Position numbers and translations under genes: made by a program. The notes beneath the pieces are model-generated. The model did no database searches, had not been told where the DNA came from, and saw only the letters and a program-made list of their open reading frames with translations. From Patescibacteria group bacterium (GTDB lineage Bacteria > Patescibacteriota > Minisyncoccia > UBA6257 > HR35): DNA of 48,488 nt. Numbering within the stretch: the first letter of the stretch is position 1; each line of letters begins with the position of its first letter. Location: positions 1-48,488 of the forward strand of contig JAUQQM010000003.1 of the NCBI GenBank assembly GCA_030549895.1. The letters run 5' to 3'. This document shows positions 1 to 9,043 of this stretch, in pieces.

Positions 1-155
1 TCGCGAATCTCTGCGAATATAATTAAAAGGAGTAGAAAACTTTAATTGAAATTATCCGTAAATTTAGAAAAAATTAATATCAATAAATGACAGTTTTAGA
101 TGATTAATAGAAATTGTTGCTTTAGATTTTATAAGATACTTAATTTTATTAAATA

Positions 156-244
156 GGCGGAGGGGGTGGGATTTGAACCCACGAGACCTCTTACGAGGTC
201 ACGGCTCTCCAGGCCGTCCCGTTAGACCACTCCGGCACCCCTCC
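156..244 (-). tRNA. tRNA-Ser (anticodon GGA), class II tRNA with long variable arm
   Basis: Reverse complement reads acceptor GGAGGGG ... CCCCTCC (7 bp). Anticodon stem is ACGGC/GCCGT with loop CTGGAGA (GGA). Variable arm is 16 nt (GACCTCGTAAGAGGTC). T arm is GTGGG-TTCAAAT-CCCAC and the discriminator is G. Only CC of CCA is encoded. Confidence 0.85.
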
Positions 245-251
245 AAAATAA

Positions 252-259
252 ATTATAAT
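252..259. promoter_or_regulatory. Palindromic ATTATAAT: two overlapping -10 hexamers for divergent tRNA-Ser (-) and ORF 265 (+)
   Basis: TATAAT on + at 254-259 lies 5 nt before ATG 265. TATAAT on - at 252-257 lies 7 nt before tRNA nucleotide G1 (244). Confidence 0.45.
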
Positions 260-264
260 AAATA

Positions 265-612
265 ATGCTAGTAGGAGATCATAAAATCCTCAAAATAACT
301 TTTTTTCTTTTTATCTTACTTTTCTTTTATTATCTTTTCATTTTTTCACCTCAAAAATGCACTAATCTTAATTTTATAAAAAATTCAACTATTGCTCTGC
401 CAATTTTAAATTTCGGTGCTTTAATAAGTTCTTTTTTGCTTTTTAAAAAAGACTCCCTTTTAATAAAAATCTCTCTTTTTTCTTTTTCTCTTTTGATATT
501 TATTTTAAACTTAATAATGAATATTCTTACTTTTGGTAAGTGCTCTTATCTTTTAATTTCTTTAGTGTGGATATCCGGAATTTTACCTTTTGTCTTGATG
601 CTTTTTTGGTAA
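265..612 (+). CDS. hypothetical small multi-pass membrane protein
   Basis: 115 aa, strongly hydrophobic (F/L/I rich) with about 4 predicted helices. A -10 box sits 5 nt upstream. No recognisable family. AT-rich ORFs of this kind can be spurious. Confidence 0.4.
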   Translation: MLVGDHKILKITFFLFILLFFYYLFIFSPQKCTNLNFIKNSTIALPILNFGALISSFLLFKKDSLLIKISLFSFSLLIFILNLIMNILTFGKCSYLLISLVWISGILPFVLMLFW

Positions 613-622
613 TCTAGAGTTG

Positions 623-631
623 TGATATAAT
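623..631 (+). promoter_or_regulatory. candidate 16S promoter, extended -10 TGATATAAT
   Basis: TGnTATAAT lies about 40 nt upstream of the 16S processing stem. The identical 9-mer precedes RNase P RNA. Confidence 0.4.
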
Positions 632-672
632 TATAATGCTATAAAGTAGATAAAAATTAAAAAAACCTTAAA

Positions 673-696
673 GAGTTTTCTAATCGCCTGGATGGG
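673..696 (+). repeat. 5' arm of 24-bp 16S rRNA processing stem
   Basis: GAGTTTTCTAATCGCCTGGATGGG is the exact reverse complement of 2276-2299. Confidence 0.85.
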
Positions 697-699
697 ATT

Positions 700-2228
<1,529 letters not shown>

Positions 2229-2275
2229 ATTTGAGTTTCAGTCTAAAATTTTAAAAATGAAATTTCAAACTCTTA

Positions 2276-2299
2276 CCCATCCAGGCGATTAGAAAACTC
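2276..2299 (+). repeat. 3' arm of 24-bp 16S rRNA processing stem
   Basis: CCCATCCAGGCGATTAGAAAACTC is the exact reverse complement of 673-696. It ends 4 nt before the ATG at 2304. Confidence 0.85.
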
Positions 2300-2303
2300 A
2301 ACC

Positions 2304-2678
2304 ATGAAAATTTTAGTTGTAGAGGATGAATTTTTCTTAAGGACAATTTTAGAAAAAAAGCTTCAAGCTGAAGGATTTGAGACTGTTGTTGCCACTGACG
2401 GTCAAGAAGCATTAGAAAAAATTGTTTCTGAAAAGCCAGACTTGATTTTGCTTGATATAATTTTGCCGAAAAAAAATGGTTTTGAAGTTCTCGAAGAAAT
2501 TAAAAGAGATCCTTATCTTGCTCAAATACCAGTTATTGTTGTTTCTAATTTAGGTCAAGAAATAGATATTGAAAGAGCTAAAAAATTAGGAGTTAATGAC
2601 TACCTAATAAAAGCTCACACTTCTTTAGATTTAATTTCTAAAAAAATAAAAGAAATAAAAACTAAATTACCAATTTAA
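2304..2678 (+). CDS. single-domain response regulator (CheY-like receiver)
   Basis: 124 aa. Acidic pair (VVEDE), phospho-acceptor Asp in DLILLDIILP, conserved VVVSN and Lys in YLIKAH. No output domain. Confidence 0.85.
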   Translation: MKILVVEDEFFLRTILEKKLQAEGFETVVATDGQEALEKIVSEKPDLILLDIILPKKNGFEVLEEIKRDPYLAQIPVIVVSNLGQEIDIERAKKLGVNDYLIKAHTSLDLISKKIKEIKTKLPI

Positions 2679-3227
2679 ATTATAGTCAGGCAATATATTA
2701 AGATTAGTTCCAACTTCATAAATCCCTTCACTATTTCCTCCATCATTTGTATTAGAAGCGTTATTCATATACCTAGAGCTCTCAAGCCTAGCATTGAGCT
2801 CAAATTGCATTGAAGGTGTATTTGTACAACCATAAACATAATAACCAGCACCTGCAGGATCAGCTGGAAGCATTGAAATAGGTGAACCACCAGTTATCAG
2901 AGTAAAATTAATAGGTATCCAACCAGTTCCATTAATAGCTCTTGACGTTGAACTGACTATAGAAAAACCTGAAGGTAAATTACCAGGAGATACTCCAGGA
3001 CGAGAAACATAAGCATTTGTACAAGTTCCTATAAAGGGTACTTCTACATCAGAAAGATACATAGTAATTGCCCTACTTAAAGCAGCAAGATCATTCATTC
3101 TTCTAGTATCTCTACCTCTTTTTAGAAGTTCATTTGGATTAAGAGCAGTAATTAATATTGTAGCTAAAATTACAATGATACCAATAACTACAATTAGTTC
3201 TACTAAAGTAAAACCTTTTTTTTCCAT
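2667..3227 (-). CDS. type IV pilin / pseudopilin-like protein
   Basis: N-terminus is MEKKG/FTLVELIVVIGIIVILA: a prepilin peptidase G/F site, Glu at +5 and a hydrophobic helix. The C-terminal globular part is variable. Confidence 0.8.
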   Translation of the reverse strand: MEKKGFTLVELIVVIGIIVILATILITALNPNELLKRGRDTRRMNDLAALSRAITMYLSDVEVPFIGTCTNAYVSRPGVSPGNLPSGFSIVSSTSRAINGTGWIPINFTLITGGSPISMLPADPAGAGYYVYGCTNTPSMQFELNARLESSRYMNNASNTNDGGNSEGIYEVGTNLNILPDYNLNW

Positions 3228-3244
3228 GATTTATAATAATTTAA

Positions 3245-3262
3245 AAGCATCAAAAGATGCTT
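3245..3262. promoter_or_regulatory. inverted repeat AAGCATC-AAAA-GATGCTT in the pilin/thiI divergent region
   Basis: A 7-bp perfect inverted repeat with a 4-nt spacer. A related palindrome, GCCATC-AAT-GATGGC, lies upstream of tuf (38102-38116). Confidence 0.35.
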
Positions 3263-3314
3263 CTAATTATTTTTATATATTATTATAATTATACCGCAAA
3301 ATTTATAAAAAAAA

Positions 3315-4436
3315 ATGAATTTGTGGATAATTCATTGGTCAGAAATTGGATTAAAAGGGAAAAATAGAAGTTTTTTTGAAAATAAATTAAAAGAAAATAT
3401 TGAAAAACAAACTGGCTTTAAAGTTAAAAAAATAAAAGGAAGATTTATTGTTGAAGGAGACTTAACTGAGATGATAAATAAAATTCCTGGAATAAGTTAT
3501 GGATTAAAAATAATTGGAGTTTTTGAAAAACCAGAAGAAATTGTCAAAAGTTTAAATTTCAAAGAAAGTTTTACTTTTAAAGTCATCACCAAAAGAGCTG
3601 ATAAAGATTGGCCAGAGACTTCAATAGAAATCTCGAAAAAATTAATGAAACTCATTATGGAAAAATTTCCTTATCTTCAAGTTGATTTTAAAAATCCTCA
3701 AAAAAAGATATATGTCGAATATTTTGAAAAAAAATTTTGGGTAGGACTTGAAAAAATAGTTGGAATTGGTGGTCTTCCAGTTGGAAGTTCTGGTAAAGGC
3801 CTTTCTCTTCTTTCCTGTGGTTTTGACTCACCTGTCGCCAGTTTTTTAATGCTAAAAAGAGGAATGAAATTAGATTTTTTACATTTTTACTCTTACCCTC
3901 AAACTAGTCTTCTTGAAAAAGAAGCCGCTCTTGAAATTTTTAAAATTCTCTCGAGCTATCAACCACAATCTTGTCTTTATCTTTCAAACATCCTTGAAGT
4001 TCAAAAATATCTTTTCAATAATGTGCCTAAAAAATACCTTACCCTTTTTTATAGGAGAGTAATGTTTAAAATAGCAAAAAAATTAAAAGAAGAAAAAAAT
4101 TTAGATGCTTTAATTACGGGTGAAAGTCTAGGACAGGTTGCCTCACAAACGATTCAAAATATCTTAGCTACAACTAAAGATTTAGATGTTTTAATTTTAA
4201 GGCCTCTTATTGGTTTTAATAAACAGGAAATAATAGATATTTCTTATAAAATAGGAACTGGAAAGATTAGTGAGAAAAATTTTCAAGACTGTTGCCTTCT
4301 TTTTAATCCTAAAAATCCTATCACAAAAGCAAGTTTTGAAAAAATAAGAGAAATAGAGTCCAGTCTTACAAAATTAGATGAGTTGATTCAAAAATCTTTT
4401 GAGGAAATTGAAGTTTACCACTGGCCAGGAAAGTAA
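3315..4436 (+). CDS. thiI: tRNA 4-thiouridine synthase ThiI-like (THUMP + PP-loop ATPase)
   Basis: 373 aa. N-terminal WSEIGLKGKNRSFFE, PP-loop-like LLSCGFDSPVA, and GESLGQVASQT. No rhodanese domain. Confidence 0.75.
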   Translation: MNLWIIHWSEIGLKGKNRSFFENKLKENIEKQTGFKVKKIKGRFIVEGDLTEMINKIPGISYGLKIIGVFEKPEEIVKSLNFKESFTFKVITKRADKDWPETSIEISKKLMKLIMEKFPYLQVDFKNPQKKIYVEYFEKKFWVGLEKIVGIGGLPVGSSGKGLSLLSCGFDSPVASFLMLKRGMKLDFLHFYSYPQTSLLEKEAALEIFKILSSYQPQSCLYLSNILEVQKYLFNNVPKKYLTLFYRRVMFKIAKKLKEEKNLDALITGESLGQVASQTIQNILATTKDLDVLILRPLIGFNKQEIIDISYKIGTGKISEKNFQDCCLLFNPKNPITKASFEKIREIESSLTKLDELIQKSFEEIEVYHWPGK

Positions 4437-4615
4437 GGTAAAAGTTTCATCACTCGTGCTCTTTTGACTGCTTGAGCATACCTTCTTTGATGTTTAGCAC
4501 AAAATTGCGTGTATTTTCTGTGCTTTATTTTCATTCCAGCAGAAATAAATTTCTTTAAAATATCAACTTCTTTCCAGTCAGGTTCTTTTTTATTTTTACA
4601 AAACCAGCAATTCAT
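4415..4615 (-). CDS. rpsR: 30S ribosomal protein S18
   Basis: 66 aa. CWFC ... DILKKFISAGMKI..R..TQFCAKHQRRYAQAVKRARVMKLLPY matches the S18 signature. Confidence 0.85.
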   Translation of the reverse strand: MNCWFCKNKKEPDWKEVDILKKFISAGMKIKHRKYTQFCAKHQRRYAQAVKRARVMKLLPYFPGQW

Positions 4616-4950
4616 TATACAAATTCAATCTTGGCAAGCTCACTTCCATCTTTTCTGAACTTGCCAAGCTTTATAACTCTCACATAACCGCCGTTTCTAT
4701 CTTTATATTTTTCTTTCAGTTCATAAAAAACTTTAAAAGCTATTGGCTTTTTAAAAAGACTTAAAAGATACCTAAGAGATGAAAGTCCATTCCTTTTTGC
4801 TCTACTTATTATTTTTTCGATATAACTTTTTAAAGACTTTGCTCTAGTGACTGTTGTTGTAATTCTTCCATGTTCAATCAAGTTAGAAGCTAAAATCCTC
4901 ATGAAAAGCTCTCTTTGATCTTTTTTTCTATGAAATTTTCTCTTTTTCAT
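4615..4950 (-). CDS. rplQ: 50S ribosomal protein L17
   Basis: 111 aa. LASNLIEHGRITTTVTRAKSLKSYIEKIISRAK ... GGYVRVIKLG.RKDGSELAKIEFV. Confidence 0.9.
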   Translation of the reverse strand: MKKRKFHRKKDQRELFMRILASNLIEHGRITTTVTRAKSLKSYIEKIISRAKRNGLSSLRYLLSLFKKPIAFKVFYELKEKYKDRNGGYVRVIKLGKFRKDGSELAKIEFV

Positions 4951-4958
4951 GAAATAAA

Positions 4959-4967
4959 ATTATAACA
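4959..4967 (-). promoter_or_regulatory. extended -10 TGTTATAAT, 8 nt upstream of the L17 ATG
   Basis: The plus strand reads ATTATAACA. The same 9-mer recurs before rpsS, infA and the KH-protein gene. Confidence 0.5.
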
Positions 4968-5253
4968 TATTAAGAAAAATCAAGAACAAATAGAAAACAA
5001 AAATAAAGTTAAAAAAAATATTTAGGTTCAAAATAAAATCCCTTAAATTTTTTATAAAATAAAAAACAAAAAAATTTAAAAAATTAACCAAGAGAGCAAC
5101 ATTTAAAATTTCAAAAATCTTTTCAGTTGGTCCAATTTCAAAAAAACCATTCAAAAAATTAAACCGAAGAGCCGCAATTCCAGGCTTAAAATTAAAAGAA
5201 AGAATTAAAATTAAAAAAAATAAAATTGCATTAAAAATTATTTTCCTCTTCAT
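4960..5253 (-). CDS. hypothetical small membrane protein
   Basis: 97 aa with F/L/I/N-rich hydrophobic segments. Overlaps the alaS 3' end by 23 nt. No recognisable family. Confidence 0.35.
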   Translation of the reverse strand: MKRKIIFNAILFFLILILSFNFKPGIAALRFNFLNGFFEIGPTEKIFEILNVALLVNFLNFFVFYFIKNLRDFILNLNIFFNFIFVFYLFLIFLNML

Positions 5254-6523
5254 GCTTACTTATTTGACGGTGTTCTTGAAAAAGTTCTTCAAATCTAATT
5301 TGGTCCTCTTCTGCCCACAAAATCTTTTCTTCTTTTAAAAGTTCTTTAGTAAGCTCTAAAGGAAAACCATAAGTTGAGAAAAGTAAAAATGCTCCTTTCG
5401 CTTTATCTTGAATTATTCTTTCTTTTTCTTTTTCAAATATTTTTATTCCCCTTTCTAAAATAGCCTCAAATTTTTCTTTTTCTTCTTCAAAAACTTCATA
5501 AATTTTTTCAAAATTATCTATCTCAGGATAAGATAATTTGTAAAATTCAATTACTTTTTGGATCAAAATTTTATCTGATTTTGCTGGTAAATTAAGCTTT
5601 TTGAATTTAAAGAGAAATCTTCTTATTATTCTTCTTAAAACATAACCAGCTCCAACATTAGAAGGCAAAAGTCCATCAGCTATCAAAAAAACAATACCTC
5701 TTAAATGGTCTGCTAAAATTCTTTGATCTTTTATATTTCCTTGATTTTCTTGAGGAATTAATGGCTTTAAAACCTTAAATATACTTTCAAAAGCACTCGT
5801 CTGAAAAATTGTCTCTTTTTTCTCAAAAACTTTAAGTAATCTTTCATAACCCATTCCAGTATCAACTCCTGGACTTTGAAGACGTTCTAATGTTCCATCT
5901 GGAAAACAATAATACTCATTAAAAACTAAATTCCAAACTTCAATGCCATCTATATAAAACTCAACTGTTGGACCACATGGTCCTTCTTTGCCTGTTGGCC
6001 CCCAAAAATTATCTTCTTTAGAACATCCTTTAAGATGACTTTCTTGAAAACCAAGTTCTTTTAAAATTTTGTAACTTTCCTGGTCCTGAGGAATATTATC
6101 TTGGCCAACAAAAAAAGTAACGTAGTCTATTTTAAGATTAAGTTCTTTAACTAGAAAATCTAAAGCCCACTTAATAGCTGATTTTTTAAAATAACCAGAA
6201 CCAGAAAAATCATCTGGATCATCACTCCCAATTGGACCAAAAGAAAAATTACCAAGCATCTCAAAAAAAGTAAGATGTCTCTCATCACCAACTTCTTCGA
6301 TATCAGTTGTTCGAAAACATTTTTGACAAGAAGCAACTCTTTGAGTGCCAAAATCTTTTAAAGGGTCTTTTTTTAAAGTAAAATATTCTTTAAATTGCTG
6401 CATTCCAGCCGTGGTAAGAAGAACAGATGGATCATTTTTTGGTAAAAGAGAAGATGAGGCAACTATTTTATGTCCCCTTTCTTGAAAAAACCTTAAAAAT
6501 CTTTCTTTTAGCTGAAAATACAT
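5231..6523 (-). CDS. alaS: alanyl-tRNA synthetase, catalytic core only (no editing or C-Ala domains)
   Basis: 430 aa. FLRFFQERGHKIVASSSLLPKNDPSVLLTTAGMQQFK, HLTFFEMLGNFSFG, GPCGPTVEFY, VDTGMGYERL, GAGYVLRRIIRR, TYGFPLELT. It ends where the E. coli 461-residue active fragment ends. Confidence 0.85.
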   Translation of the reverse strand: MYFQLKERFLRFFQERGHKIVASSSLLPKNDPSVLLTTAGMQQFKEYFTLKKDPLKDFGTQRVASCQKCFRTTDIEEVGDERHLTFFEMLGNFSFGPIGSDDPDDFSGSGYFKKSAIKWALDFLVKELNLKIDYVTFFVGQDNIPQDQESYKILKELGFQESHLKGCSKEDNFWGPTGKEGPCGPTVEFYIDGIEVWNLVFNEYYCFPDGTLERLQSPGVDTGMGYERLLKVFEKKETIFQTSAFESIFKVLKPLIPQENQGNIKDQRILADHLRGIVFLIADGLLPSNVGAGYVLRRIIRRFLFKFKKLNLPAKSDKILIQKVIEFYKLSYPEIDNFEKIYEVFEEEKEKFEAILERGIKIFEKEKERIIQDKAKGAFLLFSTYGFPLELTKELLKEEKILWAEEDQIRFEELFQEHRQISKHEEENNF

Positions 6524-6532
6524 ATTAATCTG

Positions 6533-7078
6533 TTAAATTTTTATGGGGAAGCCGAGGAGTTCAAAAACTTTAATTTTTTCTTCTTTATTTTTAGCTTTAA
6601 CAACCACATTTACTCCAAGACCAAAATTATAATGAACTCTCTCGGAAATTGTCTCTGGAAAAACACTTACCTCTCTAAAACCAAAATTCAAATTCCCTTC
6701 CTTATCGAAATGTTCTTTTCTAATTCCCTTAAAGTCTTTGTACCTTGGTAAAGCATAAATAAGGAGTCTGGCAAGAAAATCATACATTCTTTTTCTTCTC
6801 AAAGTAACTATTACACTTACTGGCATTCCTTTTTTAAGTTTAAAACTTGCAACTGATTTTTTTGCCTTTACAACTTTAGGCTTTTGGCCAGAAATCATTG
6901 AAAGAACCCAACTTGCTTCTTCAACGATTTTATCTGCCTGAGTAGGGTTTGAGGTCACAAGCTTTCCAATGCCAATATTAAGGACTACTTTTTCGATTTT
7001 AGGCAATTGAAGTTTATTTTTGTAATTAAATTCCTTTTGTAGCTTTTCTTCTAATTCTTTTTTTAAATCTATTTCCAT
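6533..7078 (-). CDS. rplE: 50S ribosomal protein L5
   Basis: 181 aa. LPKIEKVVLNIGIG ... ISGQKPKVVKAKKSVASFKLKKGMPV ... NLNFGFRE. Confidence 0.9.
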   Translation of the reverse strand: MEIDLKKELEEKLQKEFNYKNKLQLPKIEKVVLNIGIGKLVTSNPTQADKIVEEASWVLSMISGQKPKVVKAKKSVASFKLKKGMPVSVIVTLRRKRMYDFLARLLIYALPRYKDFKGIRKEHFDKEGNLNFGFREVSVFPETISERVHYNFGLGVNVVVKAKNKEEKIKVFELLGFPIKI

Positions 7079-7080
7079 GG

Positions 7081-7401
7081 TTAAGTTATTTTACTTTTAC
7101 ATTTTTTGCAGTATCTATATTTTTCTTCGCCCTCTATTAGAAAACCAACTCTTGTTGGTTTTTTGCAATTAGGGCAGATAAGTTTTACATTTGACCAAGA
7201 AACTTTTCGAGGAATAGCTACAATTTGTCCTTTTTCACCTGCTCTTTTAGGCTTTAAATGTTTTTTTACCAAATTAAGTCCTTCAACTATTACTTTTTGT
7301 TCTTTTGGAAAAACTTTAATAACCTTACCAGTTTTAAGCCTGTCTTTACCTTTTATCATTAAAACTAAATCTCCTTTTTTTATCTTTTGCATATTAGACA
7401 A
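7081..7401 (-). CDS. rplX: 50S ribosomal protein L24 (with C-terminal CxxC...CxxC)
   Basis: 106 aa. KIKKGDLVLMIKGKDRLKTGKVIKV...KVIVEGLNLVKKHLKP, then CPNCKKPTRVGF...YCKKCK. Confidence 0.85.
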   Translation of the reverse strand: MSNMQKIKKGDLVLMIKGKDRLKTGKVIKVFPKEQKVIVEGLNLVKKHLKPKRAGEKGQIVAIPRKVSWSNVKLICPNCKKPTRVGFLIEGEEKYRYCKKCKSKIT

Positions 7402-7696
7402 TTTCTTTTATCAGAACTTCATCAAAATAAAGTTTTGTTCCTATTTTTTTATGATATCTTGTCTTTGGTTTAAACTTACCAACAACTATCTTTTCTTTAA
7501 TCTCTCTTATCACTTCACCAATAACTTTATTTGGAAGGTATGGTTGACCTATTTTCAGCTCTTCACCATCAAAAATAAGTAAAACCTTATCAAATTCAAC
7601 AATTTTGTCTTTTTTATTCTTTATTTTTTTTATTTTTATTTTATCTCCAGGACTAACTAAAAATTGATTTCCTCCTGTCTCTATTATGGCTAACAT
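7394..7696 (-). CDS. rplU: 50S ribosomal protein L21
   Basis: 100 aa. MLAIIETGGNQFLVSPGDKIKI ... EFDKVLLI ... GKFKPKTRYHKKIG. Confidence 0.85.
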   Translation of the reverse strand: MLAIIETGGNQFLVSPGDKIKIKKIKNKKDKIVEFDKVLLIFDGEELKIGQPYLPNKVIGEVIREIKEKIVVGKFKPKTRYHKKIGTKLYFDEVLIKEIV

Positions 7697-7699
7697 GTT

Positions 7700-8398
7700 T
7701 TAGGAAATTTTTATTAAATTAAATTGATGAACTAAAATATCTATAGCCTGATTGTAAGCTTCGATTGGATCAATCGTCCCATCAGTTTCAATATAAATCT
7801 TCAAAAAATTATAATCTGTTCTCTCACCAATACGCATATTCTCAACTTCAAAATTAACCTTTCTTACTGGAGAAAAGATAGCATCCAAAAAAATAGCATC
7901 TGTCTCTGGAGAATTTTTTCTTATTTCTTCAGCGCTTACAAAACCAATACCTTTTTCAACTTTCATTCTCATTTTTAAAGATGCTTTCTTGTCAGTAAGT
8001 GTGGCTATATGAAGTTCTGGATTGACAATTCGGCAATTAGAAGGAACTGTAATGTCTCCTGCCTTTACTTCCACTTCTCCTTTTGCTTCCAAGTAAATTT
8101 CTTGTGGTTCAGAGGTAAGCATCTCTATTCTTACCTGCTTTAAGTTAAGAGTTATTTCTAACACATCCTCAAGAACGCCTGGAAGAGTAGAGAATTCATG
8201 CAAAACATTTTCTATTTTAACTGTGGTAATTGCTGCTCCAGGAATAGAAGAAAGTAAAATCCTTCTTAAAGCATTACCTACTGTTACCCCATAACCTGGA
8301 TAAAGTCCTTTTATACCTATAAGAACAGAATTTTTTTCTCTACTTAAAAGTTGAATATTTTGAGCTATAAAAATTTTGTTGGTAATAATCTGATCCAT
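7700..8398 (-). CDS. rpoA: DNA-directed RNA polymerase alpha subunit, N-terminal domain only
   Basis: 232 aa. GYGVTVGNALRRILLSSIPGAAIT, VLHEFSTLPGV.EDV, ETDGTIDPIEAYNQAIDILVHQF. The stop falls where the linker and C-terminal domain would begin. L21 starts 4 nt later. Confidence 0.85.
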   Translation of the reverse strand: MDQIITNKIFIAQNIQLLSREKNSVLIGIKGLYPGYGVTVGNALRRILLSSIPGAAITTVKIENVLHEFSTLPGVLEDVLEITLNLKQVRIEMLTSEPQEIYLEAKGEVEVKAGDITVPSNCRIVNPELHIATLTDKKASLKMRMKVEKGIGFVSAEEIRKNSPETDAIFLDAIFSPVRKVNFEVENMRIGERTDYNFLKIYIETDGTIDPIEAYNQAIDILVHQFNLIKIS

Positions 8399-8411
8399 AA
8401 TTTAAAAATAA

Positions 8412-8429
8412 AACCAACAAAAGTTGGTT
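8412..8429 (-). terminator. weak hairpin plus U-tract between rpsD and rpoA (possible attenuator)
   Basis: Minus strand reads TAACCAAC-TTTT-GTTGGTT followed by TTATTTTTAAATT and then the rpoA ATG. The stem is 5-7 bp and AT-rich. Confidence 0.3.
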
Positions 8430-9042
8430 ATCTTCCGTAAAATTCTACTATTAAAGAAAAATTAAACGGTAATTTTAATTCTTCTAAAATTGGCTCTTTA
8501 ATAAGTTTTCCTTCTAATTTTTCTTTATCAAGCTCTAAAAATGACGGTGGTTTATATCTTTTAATTCTTTCCCTAATTCCTCCAAAAAGTCCATTTTTAA
8601 GACTTTGTGGTCTTATAGAGATAACATCGCCAATTTCTACCAGGTAGGATGGTCTATCAACTCTTTTGCCATTAACAAAAATATGACCATGAACAACTGC
8701 CTGTCTTGCCTGGGGTCTAGAACTAAAAAATCCTAATCTATAGACAATATTGTCAAGTCTTCTTTCTAAAATTTTAGCTAAGGCTTGAGGGGTTGGTTCT
8801 GGCATTTTCTCTGCCATAAGAAAATATCTTTTCATTTGTCTTTCTCTTAAAAGATAATAAAACTTTACTTTCTGTTTTTCAATAAGTTCTTTACCATATT
8901 CAGAAAGAAGTCTTATCTTGGCACCATGCTCTCCAGGTCTTGTTCTCCTTCTGGTAAGAGCACATTTAGGAGAAGCGCAACGATCATTGAGTAAAAGCTT
9001 CTGGCCATACATTCTACAAAGTTTACATTTATATTTCAGCAT
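8428..9042 (-). CDS. rpsD: 30S ribosomal protein S4
   Basis: 204 aa. N-terminal Cys cluster CKLC...C..PKC, SEYGKELIEKQKVKFYY, RLDNIVYRLGF..SR.QARQ.V.HGHI.VNG. Confidence 0.9.
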   Translation of the reverse strand: MLKYKCKLCRMYGQKLLLNDRCASPKCALTRRRTRPGEHGAKIRLLSEYGKELIEKQKVKFYYLLRERQMKRYFLMAEKMPEPTPQALAKILERRLDNIVYRLGFFSSRPQARQAVVHGHIFVNGKRVDRPSYLVEIGDVISIRPQSLKNGLFGGIRERIKRYKPPSFLELDKEKLEGKLIKEPILEELKLPFNFSLIVEFYGR

Positions 9043-9043
9043 A

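Noticed and set aside
1-155. The first 155 nt as a coding or RNA feature (tandem GCGAAT at 3-8 and 13-18).
   Set aside because: There is no ORF of meaningful length, no RNA-like GC enrichment, and no convincing structure. It is probably the intergenic region or terminator region downstream of tRNA-Ser.
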